A stretch of DNA of 64,000 nt from positions 7,068,001-7,132,000 of the forward strand of contig CATNEN010000039.1 in assembly GCA_950097015.1 (NCBI GenBank), read 5' to 3'. Under the pieces are notes generated by a model. That model searched no databases. It worked only from the letters and a program-made list of their open reading frames with translations, and was not told where the DNA came from. How positions within the stretch are numbered: the stretch's first letter is position 1; every line of letters starts with the position of its first letter. The translations under genes and the position numbers were made by a program. Below are positions 38,381 through 49,785 of this stretch, one piece after another. Source of the stretch: Macrostomum hystrix. Taxonomy: Eukaryota > Animalia > Platyhelminthes.

Positions 38381-39362
38381 GACCTGCTAATTGCTGATCC
38401 ATTGACGTTCTGAACTGACTGGAATTGAGTTTAGAAAAATGAAACAACAAGTCGAACTTTTTTGTGTACATAAATGTACATTTTACTTTCTTTGTAAAAA
38501 ATGTGTAATCGAAAGTATACATGCTTTTGGTGTACAAAAGATCTAAAAAATATCTATATGTAGTGCCTAAACTATACAGTTGCAGTACAGTGCATTAAAA
38601 AGTGGCACAATGTGATTCTGAATATTTGGCTGCTAAATTTAAGAGCCAGATTTATAAATTTCTTAAAATAAATAGTTATATAATTTATTCGATGGCAAAA
38701 AACTTATCGAGGATATGTCCGAAAATTTGATAAAAACCTACTGCATAAAAACAGAAGAAGGGATTCACTCTAATAAATAGAAATACAAACACAGTCGAAA
38801 CAGGAAGCCATAGATGAACAAAATAAACGTAGTAAATGATTAAAATCATAAACATATCATCTCAATAGCAACTTTGTGATGATTGAATATTTATCATTGA
38901 AACGGAATCTGATTCATATGATAGTAATAAAAATGTACAGTTACACCTACAACACTCTATATAAGTAGTAAACGTCGAGTAAAAGATTTGACCAAAGCAC
39001 CTTAAAGTCAGGTCAAGGCCATTTTTAAAACCAGCAGCTACAGAAAAATGAATCTAAATATGAGCTTTAATACTCTGTTCCGTCTTCATTAAATTACATT
39101 TTAAAGTTTAAAGTTTTAATTTAATTTAATTTAAAGTTTCGATTCTACTAAACTCTAGCTATAAGGGATGGCTTATCTACTGGAAGAAATAACCCAAACC
39201 AGCTGTGACACGAGTAATATGCTAATAATATGGCGGGACACTAATGCCACTTTGTCATCGTGTCAACGTTTAATTTGCCATCTGTATAGCTTAACTAGCG
39301 ATTATTTCGCGCAGTCCATTCGCCACAGAAAATGTGCACCCTGTCACAGCAGCCATCTAGCC

Positions 39363-41050
39363 TCAGCTGTACTGAGCAGCAGCGTACGATGGCGGCGGGT
39401 GCGACGGCAGAGGCGGCTGCAGAGCTCCGTCACCGTTGACTGGAGGATAGAGCGGGTACTGCGGCTTGGCGCCACCGTCAGTCTGAGGCGGGTAGAACGG
39501 GTACGCTGGCACTGGGTTACCACCGACACTGCCTTCGGCTGGGTGGAGCGGGTACGCCGGCTGCTCAGAGAAGCCGTTTGACGGAGCATTGAAGTCGGCC
39601 GCATAGGGCTGGCCCGAGCCGATGCTGCCGCCAGCAAAGACAACCTGCGGCTCGTCACCAGACTTGGAGACCTGGTGGAAGGCCACATCCGCTCGCGGTG
39701 CCGGAGTGGGCGTGCCGGCACTGCGGCACTTGTTGCGAATCTTTTTGCGAAGAAAGTATAGCAAAAAACAAATAAAACCGACGATGATAAAGGCGAAGGT
39801 CAATACGACGGTGAGCGTCGAATTGGCAGTGTTGCCCAGCTGCTCGTTAAAGTCGTCCTCACTGCAGCACATTTGGCTGCCGGATGGTCCGCAACAGAAG
39901 GTGTCCTCGCTGTCGTATTGATTGTCGAATAGATCGCTGGGGCACAAGAAGTAATTATAAGTCACATAACCTCCCTGAGTTTGGGACGTAGTCCCGACCG
40001 AGCCGTTACCGTAGCCTGGTGATGCAGTGGGCACTGCTAAAGCACTTGTCGTCATTATTGAATTTGTTGTTGTCCCATTTTCTGAGTCCAAATCATCATC
40101 ATAGGCGTATGAGCCGTTCTTGCTAATTGGATTCCAACGAACTAATCCGCTACAGATTGCATAGTCGTCAAGGACGCTATAATGCAGGACTCCGCTGCGA
40201 AGGAAGATTTGTGGCCTGACACTGTAGGCAACGTACACAGAGCCAGCTAGCAGCAGGGCTTGTTTGTTTCCGGTAATTCCACTGTGAGGTGTTTCGGTTT
40301 GACTCAATTGAATCACATTTATACTCGTAGTTATAAACTTTAATTCATTAGAACCAAAGTTCATTTATTTAGCATCGAATTGGTATGAAGCCTTACCCCA
40401 TGCCAATGGTTGAAACCGCAACAGTTGAACTGCGGCGATAATAACTGCTACGGTATCTATATCTTGAAGAGAATCGTATGTTGTACGATCGGTACGATCG
40501 GTAGGAACGGTAGCTGTAGCTGTATCGAGAGCTGCTGTATCGAGAGCTGCTGTATCGAGAGCTGCTGTATCGAGAGCTGCTGTATCGAGAGCTGCTGAAC
40601 CGGGAACTACCACCGAAGCGACCTCCACCCCCGCCTCGGGCAGCATCAGCCGAGTCTGCAAAAATTGATGATAGGTAGGTAGACCTTAAAAATATTGTCT
40701 TCAAATAGTAAATATATAAGTAGGTCTGTAAAAATTAGAAATTTATGCAGTATGACCTGTAAGAGTTTTTCTAAATAATATTAAACTAACTAATTTGAGC
40801 CATTTAAGCTACACACTGAGTCACACGCAGATGAATCACACGTCAAGGCTTGGATAAAAACACTGTACCATATACGCGATAGATACCACTGGCAGGCTAA
40901 AGACGAAGACCTTCGTCTTAACATATAGATTATATAGGGAAAATGAAAGCCCAGAGAACAGATGAGACAGATGCAACAGCAACACTTACAAATGCATGCA
41001 GCGCAAATGAAGACAATGACACTAAGGATTTGCGTTTTCACCGTTATCAT
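39363..41050 (-). CDS. Single-pass membrane protein with a six-cysteine Shisa/WBP1/VOPP1-like domain, paralog B
   Basis: Exons 41050-40990 (signal MITVKTQILSVIVFICAACI), 40655-40397 (ARGGGGGRFGG, SSSRY repeats), 40281-39363. Same phase-2 intron after GMG as paralog A; FLCPSDLFDNQYDSEDTFCCGPSGSQMCC; TM helix; Pro/Tyr-rich tail ending PPPSY. Confidence 0.87.
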
Positions 41051-42135
41051 ATTTTTGATCGCCCACCGACTGAAGAAAACCAGTTGTTGCTTGAAAGCAA
41101 AAGACTAATTAATCCAAGAAAAAAGTGTTTATAGTTAAGAAATTTAGAAATGAAGTTAAATTAAATTAAATTAAATTAAATAAATTTAGAAATTAAGAAA
41201 AGTTAATAGTTAAGAAATAGTTAAGAAATCTCGTACGTTCCTTTCTTCTGTAAGCTTTGTGCTATGCTGAAGAAAAAAGACAAAAAGGAATGAACTTAAA
41301 AAGTATTATCAACTGAAATTGAAAATATATAAACTACTTTGGAAGCCTTGTTACTTCCAAAACCTTACATATGCATGTTTACACAAATTAGCGAAAATTG
41401 CTTTTATCTGCGTAACGAAAAAAGTAAAAAAAATGGTTATAGCGCAGACTTTTCCGGATTAAATTAAGGTGCGCATCTTATGCACGTGTCACACACAAAT
41501 TAAATTAACACTTGCATGGAACCGGATGGGTGCACCCGATTCATTACCATTGTATCGGTATTAAAATGTCTGGATGTCGTGTCCTCTTTCTTTTCTTATT
41601 GGTCTCCCATATGTTCAATGGCGCATATTAGATCAGTATTTAAATTCAATTCTAGGCCTATTAATATAAAGTTTTTAAGAAGTGGTAAAAACATTATAAT
41701 CATGCTGAGTCAATCAATAGATGCTTTTTATTTCTAGCTAGGCCGAGCTATACCCATTATTATCATAAATGCATGATATAAGTAACTAAATATACTTCTA
41801 GATGATTTATTTTAAGCCCAGGACCTACCCTATAATAGCAGTAACTAGGACTAGGCCTAGGCCTACCTAGCAGAGGCTAAATAAAACTAGGCCTAATCTA
41901 TATATTTTTAATCATAAAAACAAACCCTTATAGCCATATGTCTAGAACTTGGTAGCATTGCATATACGTAATATACTACATTAGCTATGCACCTAACAAG
42001 TGAAAGGTCTATAACTTAATCTAAGTTACAATTTTATATTTTTTGCTTGTGTTGTGTTAAGGCTTGCTCACACTAGCTACCATTTGGGCCTATTGCTTGT
42101 ATAGCTTGCTTTTAATTTTTATTACTATTCCAATT

Positions 42136-42736
42136 GAATCCGGTCCATTTCGGCGACAAGTCATTTTGGCGACAACCATTTTGGCGACAAGTCATTTCGG
42201 CGACAACCACTTCGGCGACAAACATTGAAACCGCAGTAATAATGGATCTGATAGTGTTTGCTTATTGAGTATGTAATGTATTTGATTCTTCTACTTGTTA
42301 ATGTATTCCTGTTATAGTAATTATTTTAACATGTAATATAAATAGCGAGTTTGGATCAGTTTGGTCCGCGCTCTATGTGCATCAACCTCACCTGTCTTAC
42401 TTTATAAGTAGCATTGTTTGCCGTCACCAATATTTTATAACTAGGCCTAACATGTTCGTTATCGACTTCATTATTCATTATCGACTTCATTACTTCTACA
42501 CAGGTAGAAGTGCTGTCGCGACTTTCGTCTCTGCCTTCTGTCCTCTATTCACTCTTTTGTTCTCTGCACTTTTCTTGTTTACATCGTCCAGTTCAGTCTA
42601 GTTTTTTCTCTCTCGTTATCTCTGCGGCTTGTTCCACGGCTTCAAAAGTATTGTCGCCGAAATGGTTGTTGCCGAAATGACTTGTCGCCAAAATGGTTGT
42701 CGCCGAAATGACTTGTCGCCGAAATGGACTGTTTCC
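42136..42736. mobile_element. Non-autonomous MULE/Foldback-type MITE with a 9-bp TSD
   Basis: TIRs built of (CATTTCGGCGACAA)n arrays in inverted orientation; exact TSD ATTCCAATT at 42127-42135 and 42737-42745. Confidence 0.9.
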
Positions 42737-43704
42737 ATTCCAATTATTGGAATATAATTGCCCAATAATATATTTTGCTATGAATTGCATGTTATTAAAA
42801 GATCCACAGAATCTAAGAGCTCATTGATCCCTTGAGTGGAATGATCAAGGATAGAGTTGCTGGTCAAAGGACTGTCTATCTGATCATACAGGCAAATGTT
42901 GTCAGGGTCACTATCTAGTCAAGCTGATAAAAAGTAAACAAAAATGCTACAAACTACAGATGGTATCTTTAACAGATGCTGAGACATTTGTGAAGATACT
43001 GGGCATTGCTTCAGGCTTTAGTTAATATTTGCTTAATATGCTGTTATCATTCTTCTAGCAGTGGTACAGATTATAGTCTTGTGTTTCCTATGATGTTTGA
43101 GTGAAGTGCAGTGAGCATATCAAATACTTCTTTGTCAGCACAAAATCTTTCATAGGATTGCCTCTGTTCCACTTTTTCTCAATGGACTCACATTGCTTAG
43201 TAGATAGCAGTGAAAGGTCTTCACTAGCATATTCACTTTGATTGGAACAATAGCAGCAGTTAGTTTAGGGTGGCCATGGGCACCAAGAACAGTTGCAGCA
43301 GTTGGTACAAAGCACAAAGCTCATGCCATGCATCAAATGCAGCTTTTAATCCCACTCCTTTCAATGAGGCTAGACATGTATCTCAAAAATATATATTAAC
43401 TATTCATACCTTCTTTGACATAAAACATCTTGAGACTTCAAAGGTAGTTCAAAAAGTTTTGTCATTTGAGTACTCAGAGCAGCAATTTGGGACAATGCCA
43501 CATTTTTAACATAGTCCCCTTGGCAATCAATGCACTTTTATCTCTGGTCACAAAGCTTCTAGATGCTGCTAGTGTTAAACTCTGCTGGCTAGTCCTTCAA
43601 CCACTGTTTTGCAAGGGTGATGACCTTGTTGGACTTAAATTGGTGCCCTTGGAGTGGCTGCTTCAGCTGGCAAAACAGGTAGAAGTCAGAGGGAGCTAGG
43701 TCTA

Positions 43705-45724
43705 CACCTTTTGACTTTCTATTTTGGAAAAGGTGCACTCGATATTGACATCGTTGCATCCAATTTTGACAGTCTGTGGCAGCGCTAGCTAAAATGTTCA
43801 ACCTATTTTGACAAACTTTGGTTCACTTCTGACAGTTTGTATCCAATATTGACAAACTTCAAGCTTTGTTGACACTTTGCAAGCAACTATAACATTGGGC
43901 ATTCGATTCTGACACTGGGTTACAAATCAATGCCTTTGTCTCGCTGTCTATGGGAACAAGTCTGCTTATATGCATCTATCTTTGACACTGTGCATCCAAA
44001 ATTGACACATTATTCACATAATATTGCTTAAATGTCCTTCAAGTAAAAAACTTTTCCTCAAGTACATATGAACAAATTTCAAATGGGAACAAAACATGTA
44101 CACTGCATATTAACATATTGTTACATGTAGTCTTTTATCTCATCACGTTGACTCCAAGCATTGTGGCCTGTCATTTCAACCATCGATGGGTATCAGTCCA
44201 ATGCACCGAGGCACGTATGCCAAGCAATGATTGTACCAGGCCTGGCAGTTGGCAGGAGTAACAACACCAACCGAATTGTTTGCAAATCTTTCAAGCATGT
44301 CTCATCGGTATGCTGCCTTTGTTCGTCTCGCTAGTTCAAGCTGGCCAGGATTCAGGAATGCATCCATGTTGGTGGCTAGCTCCGCCTTGATGGCAGCCTT
44401 CCATGCAGAAATTGCATTCTCAACAGGCGTGAGAAATGGGCTATATGGTGGCAAACGCTTCATCTCGACGATGCCAGGCAGTTCTTGGTCTTCACCGCCA
44501 TTGTGGCTGCTCACATTGTCAAACACTATATAGGCCGGCTCATTGAAAGCTTGCTGCATGTTGCCCACCAAGATGTTCAGAAATTCGGCAAACCGCTCCT
44601 TCGTCATGCCGGTCGGGTAACTTTGGAAGTGAATGACTCCGACGGCTGGAGAAATTGCACAACAAATAGTCAGCCGTGGTCCCTTCGATCCAGCGACACA
44701 TCGATAGGCTCTCTGACCTTGCTGCACTCTGCCAAATGATCTTCTCATCCAGCAATCAAATCTGAACTCATCAACATAGACCTTTGGGCGGTTCACGACC
44801 TCGGCAGAACACCACCACTCGCAGTAGGCTCAATGCTGCTGGAGATTCTCTAGTGAGTTCCGCTCCACGGGCAGATTCCTCACCAGCTTTGTCGTGTAGA
44901 GAAGCCCATCGAGATGACGACTAATGGTTGTAAGTAACACTTCAGGCTTTGCCGGAAATCGAGCGTGCAGTCCAGCTTTGATCTCAGCCAGAGTAACACT
45001 GGGATTTGTCTCGATTGTATTCTTCATGAACTCCAGCATGTCCTGATCCACTCGTGTGAATGTACGGCCACCTTTTAGTAACTTTTCTACTTGTCCACTG
45101 CTAACAATAGCATACGCAGTGGTTCTCTTGATACCTAAAGCATGAGCAAGGTGAACGAAGTCGTCACCATTTTCATTGGCAATAATTAAGCGCCTCCTGT
45201 CGTCGTCGCTGACTTTGACGTTGACACGCGCCCCGGCCATACAAAAGGTTAAACGGAAGGGCTAACCGAGAAAATTTTTAATAGGACAACAACTATGTAT
45301 TCATCGGAAGCCTAAATCCATGTTACATGTAGGCCGCATAGCTCGTAGATGGTACAAGTAGTCTATGGCAGAAAGGAATAGTTTGTGGAAAAGTTATTAC
45401 TTGTGTTGTGCCAATAATTTGTGTCGATTTTGGATGCACAGTGTCAAAGATGGATTCATATGAGCAGACTAGTTCCCATAGACAGCGAGAAAAAGGCATT
45501 GATTTGTAACCCAGTGTCAGAATCGAATGCCCGATGTCATAGTTGCTTGCAAAGTGTCAACAAAGCTTGAAGTTTGTCAATATCGGATGCAAACTGTCAG
45601 AAGTGAACCAAAGTTTGTCAAAATAGGTTGAACATTTTAGCTAGCGCTGCCACAGACTGTCAAAATTGGATGCAACGATGTCAATATCGAGTGCACCTTT
45701 TCCAAAGTAGAAAGTAAAAAGGTG
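43705..45724 (-). mobile_element. 2020-bp IS630/Tc1/mariner superfamily transposon with ~304-bp TIRs and TA TSD
   Basis: TIRs 43705-44008 and 45421-45724 begin CACCTTTT(G/T)ACTTTCTA; TA at 43703-43704 and 45725-45726; transposase in between. Confidence 0.95.
44176..45240 (-). pseudogene. DDE transposase (DD32E) with two in-frame TGA stops
   Basis: HTH-like N-terminus, YVDE, IVFDNVSSH, LPPYSPFLTPVE. ORFs 44830-45240 and 44302-44796 are in the same frame, which continues to TGA at 44176. Confidence 0.9.
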
Positions 45725-47052
45725 TAGTGAATTGACCATATGTGGAAAGATTTTGAACCCTGCAGTCATTGCAGCATTCACAGAGACTTGGGCTGTGAGC
45801 AGGGGCATTGGCGTGAAGCAGCAGGGGTGGGCACTCAGCTTCCCTTGCCTCTTCTGGACAACTGCCTGACAATGCCAGCCCAGCTTTTCGGTGTACCAAA
45901 CACCTGTGACAATGTGCCCCACAGGCAGGTACTCAGTGAGCAGGATTGCTTGACAATCCTAGATCTTGCCAGCTGAATTTGTCTGCTTGAACTTGTGGGG
46001 GACCCTTCTTCAGGGCGCCACCACTCCATGGTGTCAGGCCTGCACTTGGGGTCGTATTGGTAAATCCAGCTATTATCCCCCGTTATGATTTGATGCTCAA
46101 AACTGTCCATGTTCTCATTTTAAAGGTCAAGCATCAGGCGGCAAAAGTTGAACCTATTCTGCTTGTGGTCTTGCGAGAGCATTTGTGGCACCCATTTGGG
46201 CACTGGCATTGTTGCACCCAAGGATTTGTTGCAGGATCTCCTCTACCAAGCCAGCTGTGATACCCACAGTGTGTGCAAGCACGGCAACACAAATCCAATG
46301 GTCTTCATCCATGAGCTTGGCAACTGTGTCAACTTTCTCCTGATTGGTGCTGGCCGCTGGCTGGTACTCCTGCTTGTATAATTTGCTGAAAACTCTTGGA
46401 GTGCTTTCGAATTTGTGCCAAAATTATTAGATTTATAAAGACAAAAATATAAAAGTTTGCCCTAGACATTGTATCACGCTCGCGCGCGTTAGATGCACGA
46501 TTTACTGTGCGTCTAATGTAGTTGTCTATGGCAATTTTCTATCTGAGTAAAAACAACAAGCGTGCGTCTAATGCGTGTAATGCACGGAAAGTGAGTATAT
46601 TTTAATAAGTATACTTCTGCTACAAGTACAACGAACGAACAACAGGGAATTGTGTAAACAAGCTAGAATGTGTAGACGCCTGACCCAAGTGATTTCCATT
46701 TTAAGTCATTGAAAATGTTTTACATCGCTTATTGTGTATTCACATCGTGGGGGGCTTTGCCCCCCACACCCCCCGTCCTTTCGGTCCCTACACAGGCTTT
46801 TGTAAATCCCTATTACAGTTACAGTAACAGGAACGGTTAACACGTGCACAGACGATTACCTATCATTGACAGGGAAAGCGAATAAAGATGAAGGCGTTCT
46901 GCATTTGGAAGTTCAGTGTGGGAAAAGTTCATTGCTATTACTCACTCTAAGAATTGAGCGTGCAGTTGTTGACAGTGTTGTAGAAGTTGTAAACCACAGT
47001 TGGTTTCTTCTTGGCGTCATCACTTGGCGTCCCACCAGCAACGTCCGACGTG

Positions 47053-48342
47053 TCAAAAATAATCAGTGACTGGCTCATGACGGTAGAAGTCTTTCATAAT
47101 CACGTCTTGCATGGAATCATCCTTGTGTAGTGCAGAAGCCAAGCTGACCGACATGTCTCGCATTTCGCCGTCCCTTCTGGAGCCAAAGCGTAAGTAGCGT
47201 TTTACAGTTCGCGTCTGCTTATGGCCAGTGACTTTGCAGATATCAGACGCGCTGTAACCTGCGTTAGATAGCTCCTTTATTACCGTGGATCGAATGCAGT
47301 ACGCAGTGTATGACTTTGATAAATTCGCCTTCTTTGAAATGACGGTCATCAGCTGGCCCAAAGGATTCACACCAATTGCCTTGTTCGGGCAGTACCATGC
47401 TCCATTCGCCCAACCTGTTTTTTTTTCTGCAGTAAGAAGAAAGGATATCTTTTCACCGTCTCCGAACTGCTTGATGGAATGGATTGCTCACGCTGAGCTA
47501 AATAGAGCTTCATAGCTTCCACAGGGCAGCGGCTTCTGTCTGGCAACGCACTCATAACAGCTTGCTTGACATCGTCACACGAGTTCCTGGAGAGTTCTTT
47601 GCCAACATTCTTTACTGTTCCAGCAACAAAGCGCACCACTTCAATCCCATCGGAATCCGTCTCGAATCGAAAGGAATCATCGCTCAGTGAACGGATCCAC
47701 TCGCGACCTCTGTTTCCAAAGTAGAACATAATGTTGTAGTACACTTCATGAAGTAGCACCTCTGGAGATTTCCGATCGAAGTAGTCAGACAGCCTCTTCA
47801 GATCAACAGGCTCGATCGATTGGAAGTGTCGGGCGCGTCCGCCTCGGGCAATGAAGATTCTGCCCATTGACTTCAGTGTCGTATTGGAAGCATAGAATGC
47901 GTCGTCCGTTAGAATATTGATTCGCCTTGTCGACATGAAATGCCGGTAGAGCGCAGCTCAGATGCAAATCAACGTGGCTGGAGCAAAGTATTCGCTTTCC
48001 TCTTGCGAAGTGAGCCATAGAGGTATCGCAATAGACTATCGATCTCGCGCGGTGTAGAAGTCGCCAAATCACGCTGAACTGACGGATGGTTCTCCAGCAG
48101 CGCGGTGTCCTCGATCTCGGAAACGAGCTGTTCCAATTCAAGTAGTTCAGCTTCTTCGTCAGGTATCTTCTTGAAAAGTGCCTCTTGAGAAGATCCTCCT
48201 CTTCTCGATCAATCGCCGACTCCGGTAGATTATCAGGCTCGTTCAGGATGTCGTCAATCTCATTGGTGAACAAGCCAGAAATCAATTCGTTCGGAAATTT
48301 GCCCAAATTCAGAAGTCTGACTTTAGTTAGTGGCTCAGCCAT
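47053..48342 (-). pseudogene. Crypton-type (DUF3504-like) tyrosine recombinase, frameshifted (copy B)
   Basis: Successive frames give YFDRKSPEVLLHEVYYNIMFYFGNRGREWIRSL (first catalytic R), RCPVEAMKLYL, then YTAYCIRSTVIKELSNAG..ICKVTGHKQTRTVKRY (HxxR-equivalent with H>Y, GH, catalytic Y). Confidence 0.85.
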
Positions 48343-48579
48343 ATTCTCTCACAAGTGATTTTAATTTAATAGCTTCTTATTCCCATCTTCGCAACACTCA
48401 ATCAACTTGCGTGCCTTTCACGCATTTTGTCTATTAGACATTATTGTCTATTAGTTAAGACAAAGTCTAACTGAGCGTGCATCTAACGCGCCATCCAAAG
48501 TAGTAAGCCAACGTAATACAATGCAACTCATACATCGATTTTTGTGCTTAAATGGTCGATGCACGAGTGCGCACATGAT

Positions 48580-49343
48580 GATGAATGCACAGGCCAAAAG
48601 GATCGACTTTCGTGTGGTTGGGTCGTCCGCCGTTACTGTCTTCTCCACACCATCCTTCACCAAGTCGATATATCGAACTCCATCGCATTCGTCAATCCTC
48701 ACGTCGGCCTTCGTCAATTCCCTCAGCCAATCACGGCCCCTGAAGCCGAATTCATACACGATTTTCAACAGAACCTCGAATTGTAGACGCGTCGGTGTCG
48801 TACGGTCGAAATACACACGCAGCCGATGGAAGTCAGAGTCATCAATTGGACAGTGCGTAGACGCATTGCCAATAGACGTTTTCTCCCTCAGAGCCGTCAG
48901 CATGCCTTGTACGTCCGTTCAAACGACAAAAATTCGGTGTTACCTATAATTCGCACGTTCCTTGTCTCCAGCACATACAGATGAATAGGCGCCCTGAAGC
49001 ACACCAGACTTCGGACAGCGTATGGCTTGCCTTCCTGAGTCCTCAGTGACACAAGCCACAGCCGCATATAGGCACAAAGATAGCGGATCGGCATTGTTTC
49101 GATGTTGTCCGGCAGTTTCTGGTCCACCAGATATTTTTTGAAGCGCTTCACATGGAGAGCGGTTTGATCCGTGGTCGATTTGCGTTTGGCAGCCTCTTCG
49201 ATGTCTTGCACAGCAGCTTCCTCTTCTTCCGTCAGTTCCCGCAGAAGCTCGGCATTATTCAGAATGCTTGGATTGGACAATTCTGCGTCAATCAACTCCT
49301 CAAAAAGGCTTACCAGGCACTGCATTTGCGTCTTGTACTTCAT
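48580..49343 (-). pseudogene. Second, divergent Crypton-type tyrosine recombinase, 3'-truncated (copy A)
   Basis: KSTTDQTALHVKRFKKYL..IETMP..LRTQEGKPYAVRSLVCFRAPIHLY, frameshift at ~48900, then YFDRTTPTRLQFEVLLKIVYEFGFRGRDWLRELT. Homologous to copy B; no C-terminal catalytic half seen. Confidence 0.8.
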
Positions 49344-49785
49344 CAGCTAAAAAATGAACATAAAAAAGTTTCATAGACCACAAAAAAGCTGCACACGAAA
49401 TTTCTAAATTCGTTCTCAGCCATGCACCCAGCCATGATCTAGTTTCTGTAGTGTCATTTGCTGTAATTGTTTTAGCCGCATGTTGAACAGCTGGCATATA
49501 TGTGCTGCTGTACCCTATGCCCAGATGTCTCATACATGCTGTGTGTTAATGTTAACATTATACAGCATGTATACAGCATAAACGTCTGCAGCATGAGCCA
49601 ACAGTCAAGGCAATCCCTGAGGAGCAGAGTTCAGCCTCGTAAAATTAGAATATACGGGCTATATATTTAGCTGCGATGTTAAGTGTTTTTGTCATAAATT
49701 GTTTAGTTCTGTCCTATGTAATTCTGTTACATAATTTAAACGTATCCCTTCCACGGCTGCTCTTACAGCTTTGACTAGCCTTTGG

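Larger units (their letters stand above)
43438..46410 (-). mobile_element. Decayed mariner element split by a younger insertion; ends approximate
   Basis: Minus-strand relic motifs KWVPQML (WVPHEL), IITGDNSWIYQYDP, LLHANAPAH, and PHMVNSL/DLAPSDFYLF rejoined across the insertion; several frameshifts. Confidence 0.85.

Noticed and set aside
40282-40396. Abutting ORFs (TAA directly followed by ATG at 40364) suggesting readthrough or coupled translation
   Set aside because: The junction lies within a GT-AG intron whose position is conserved in paralog A.
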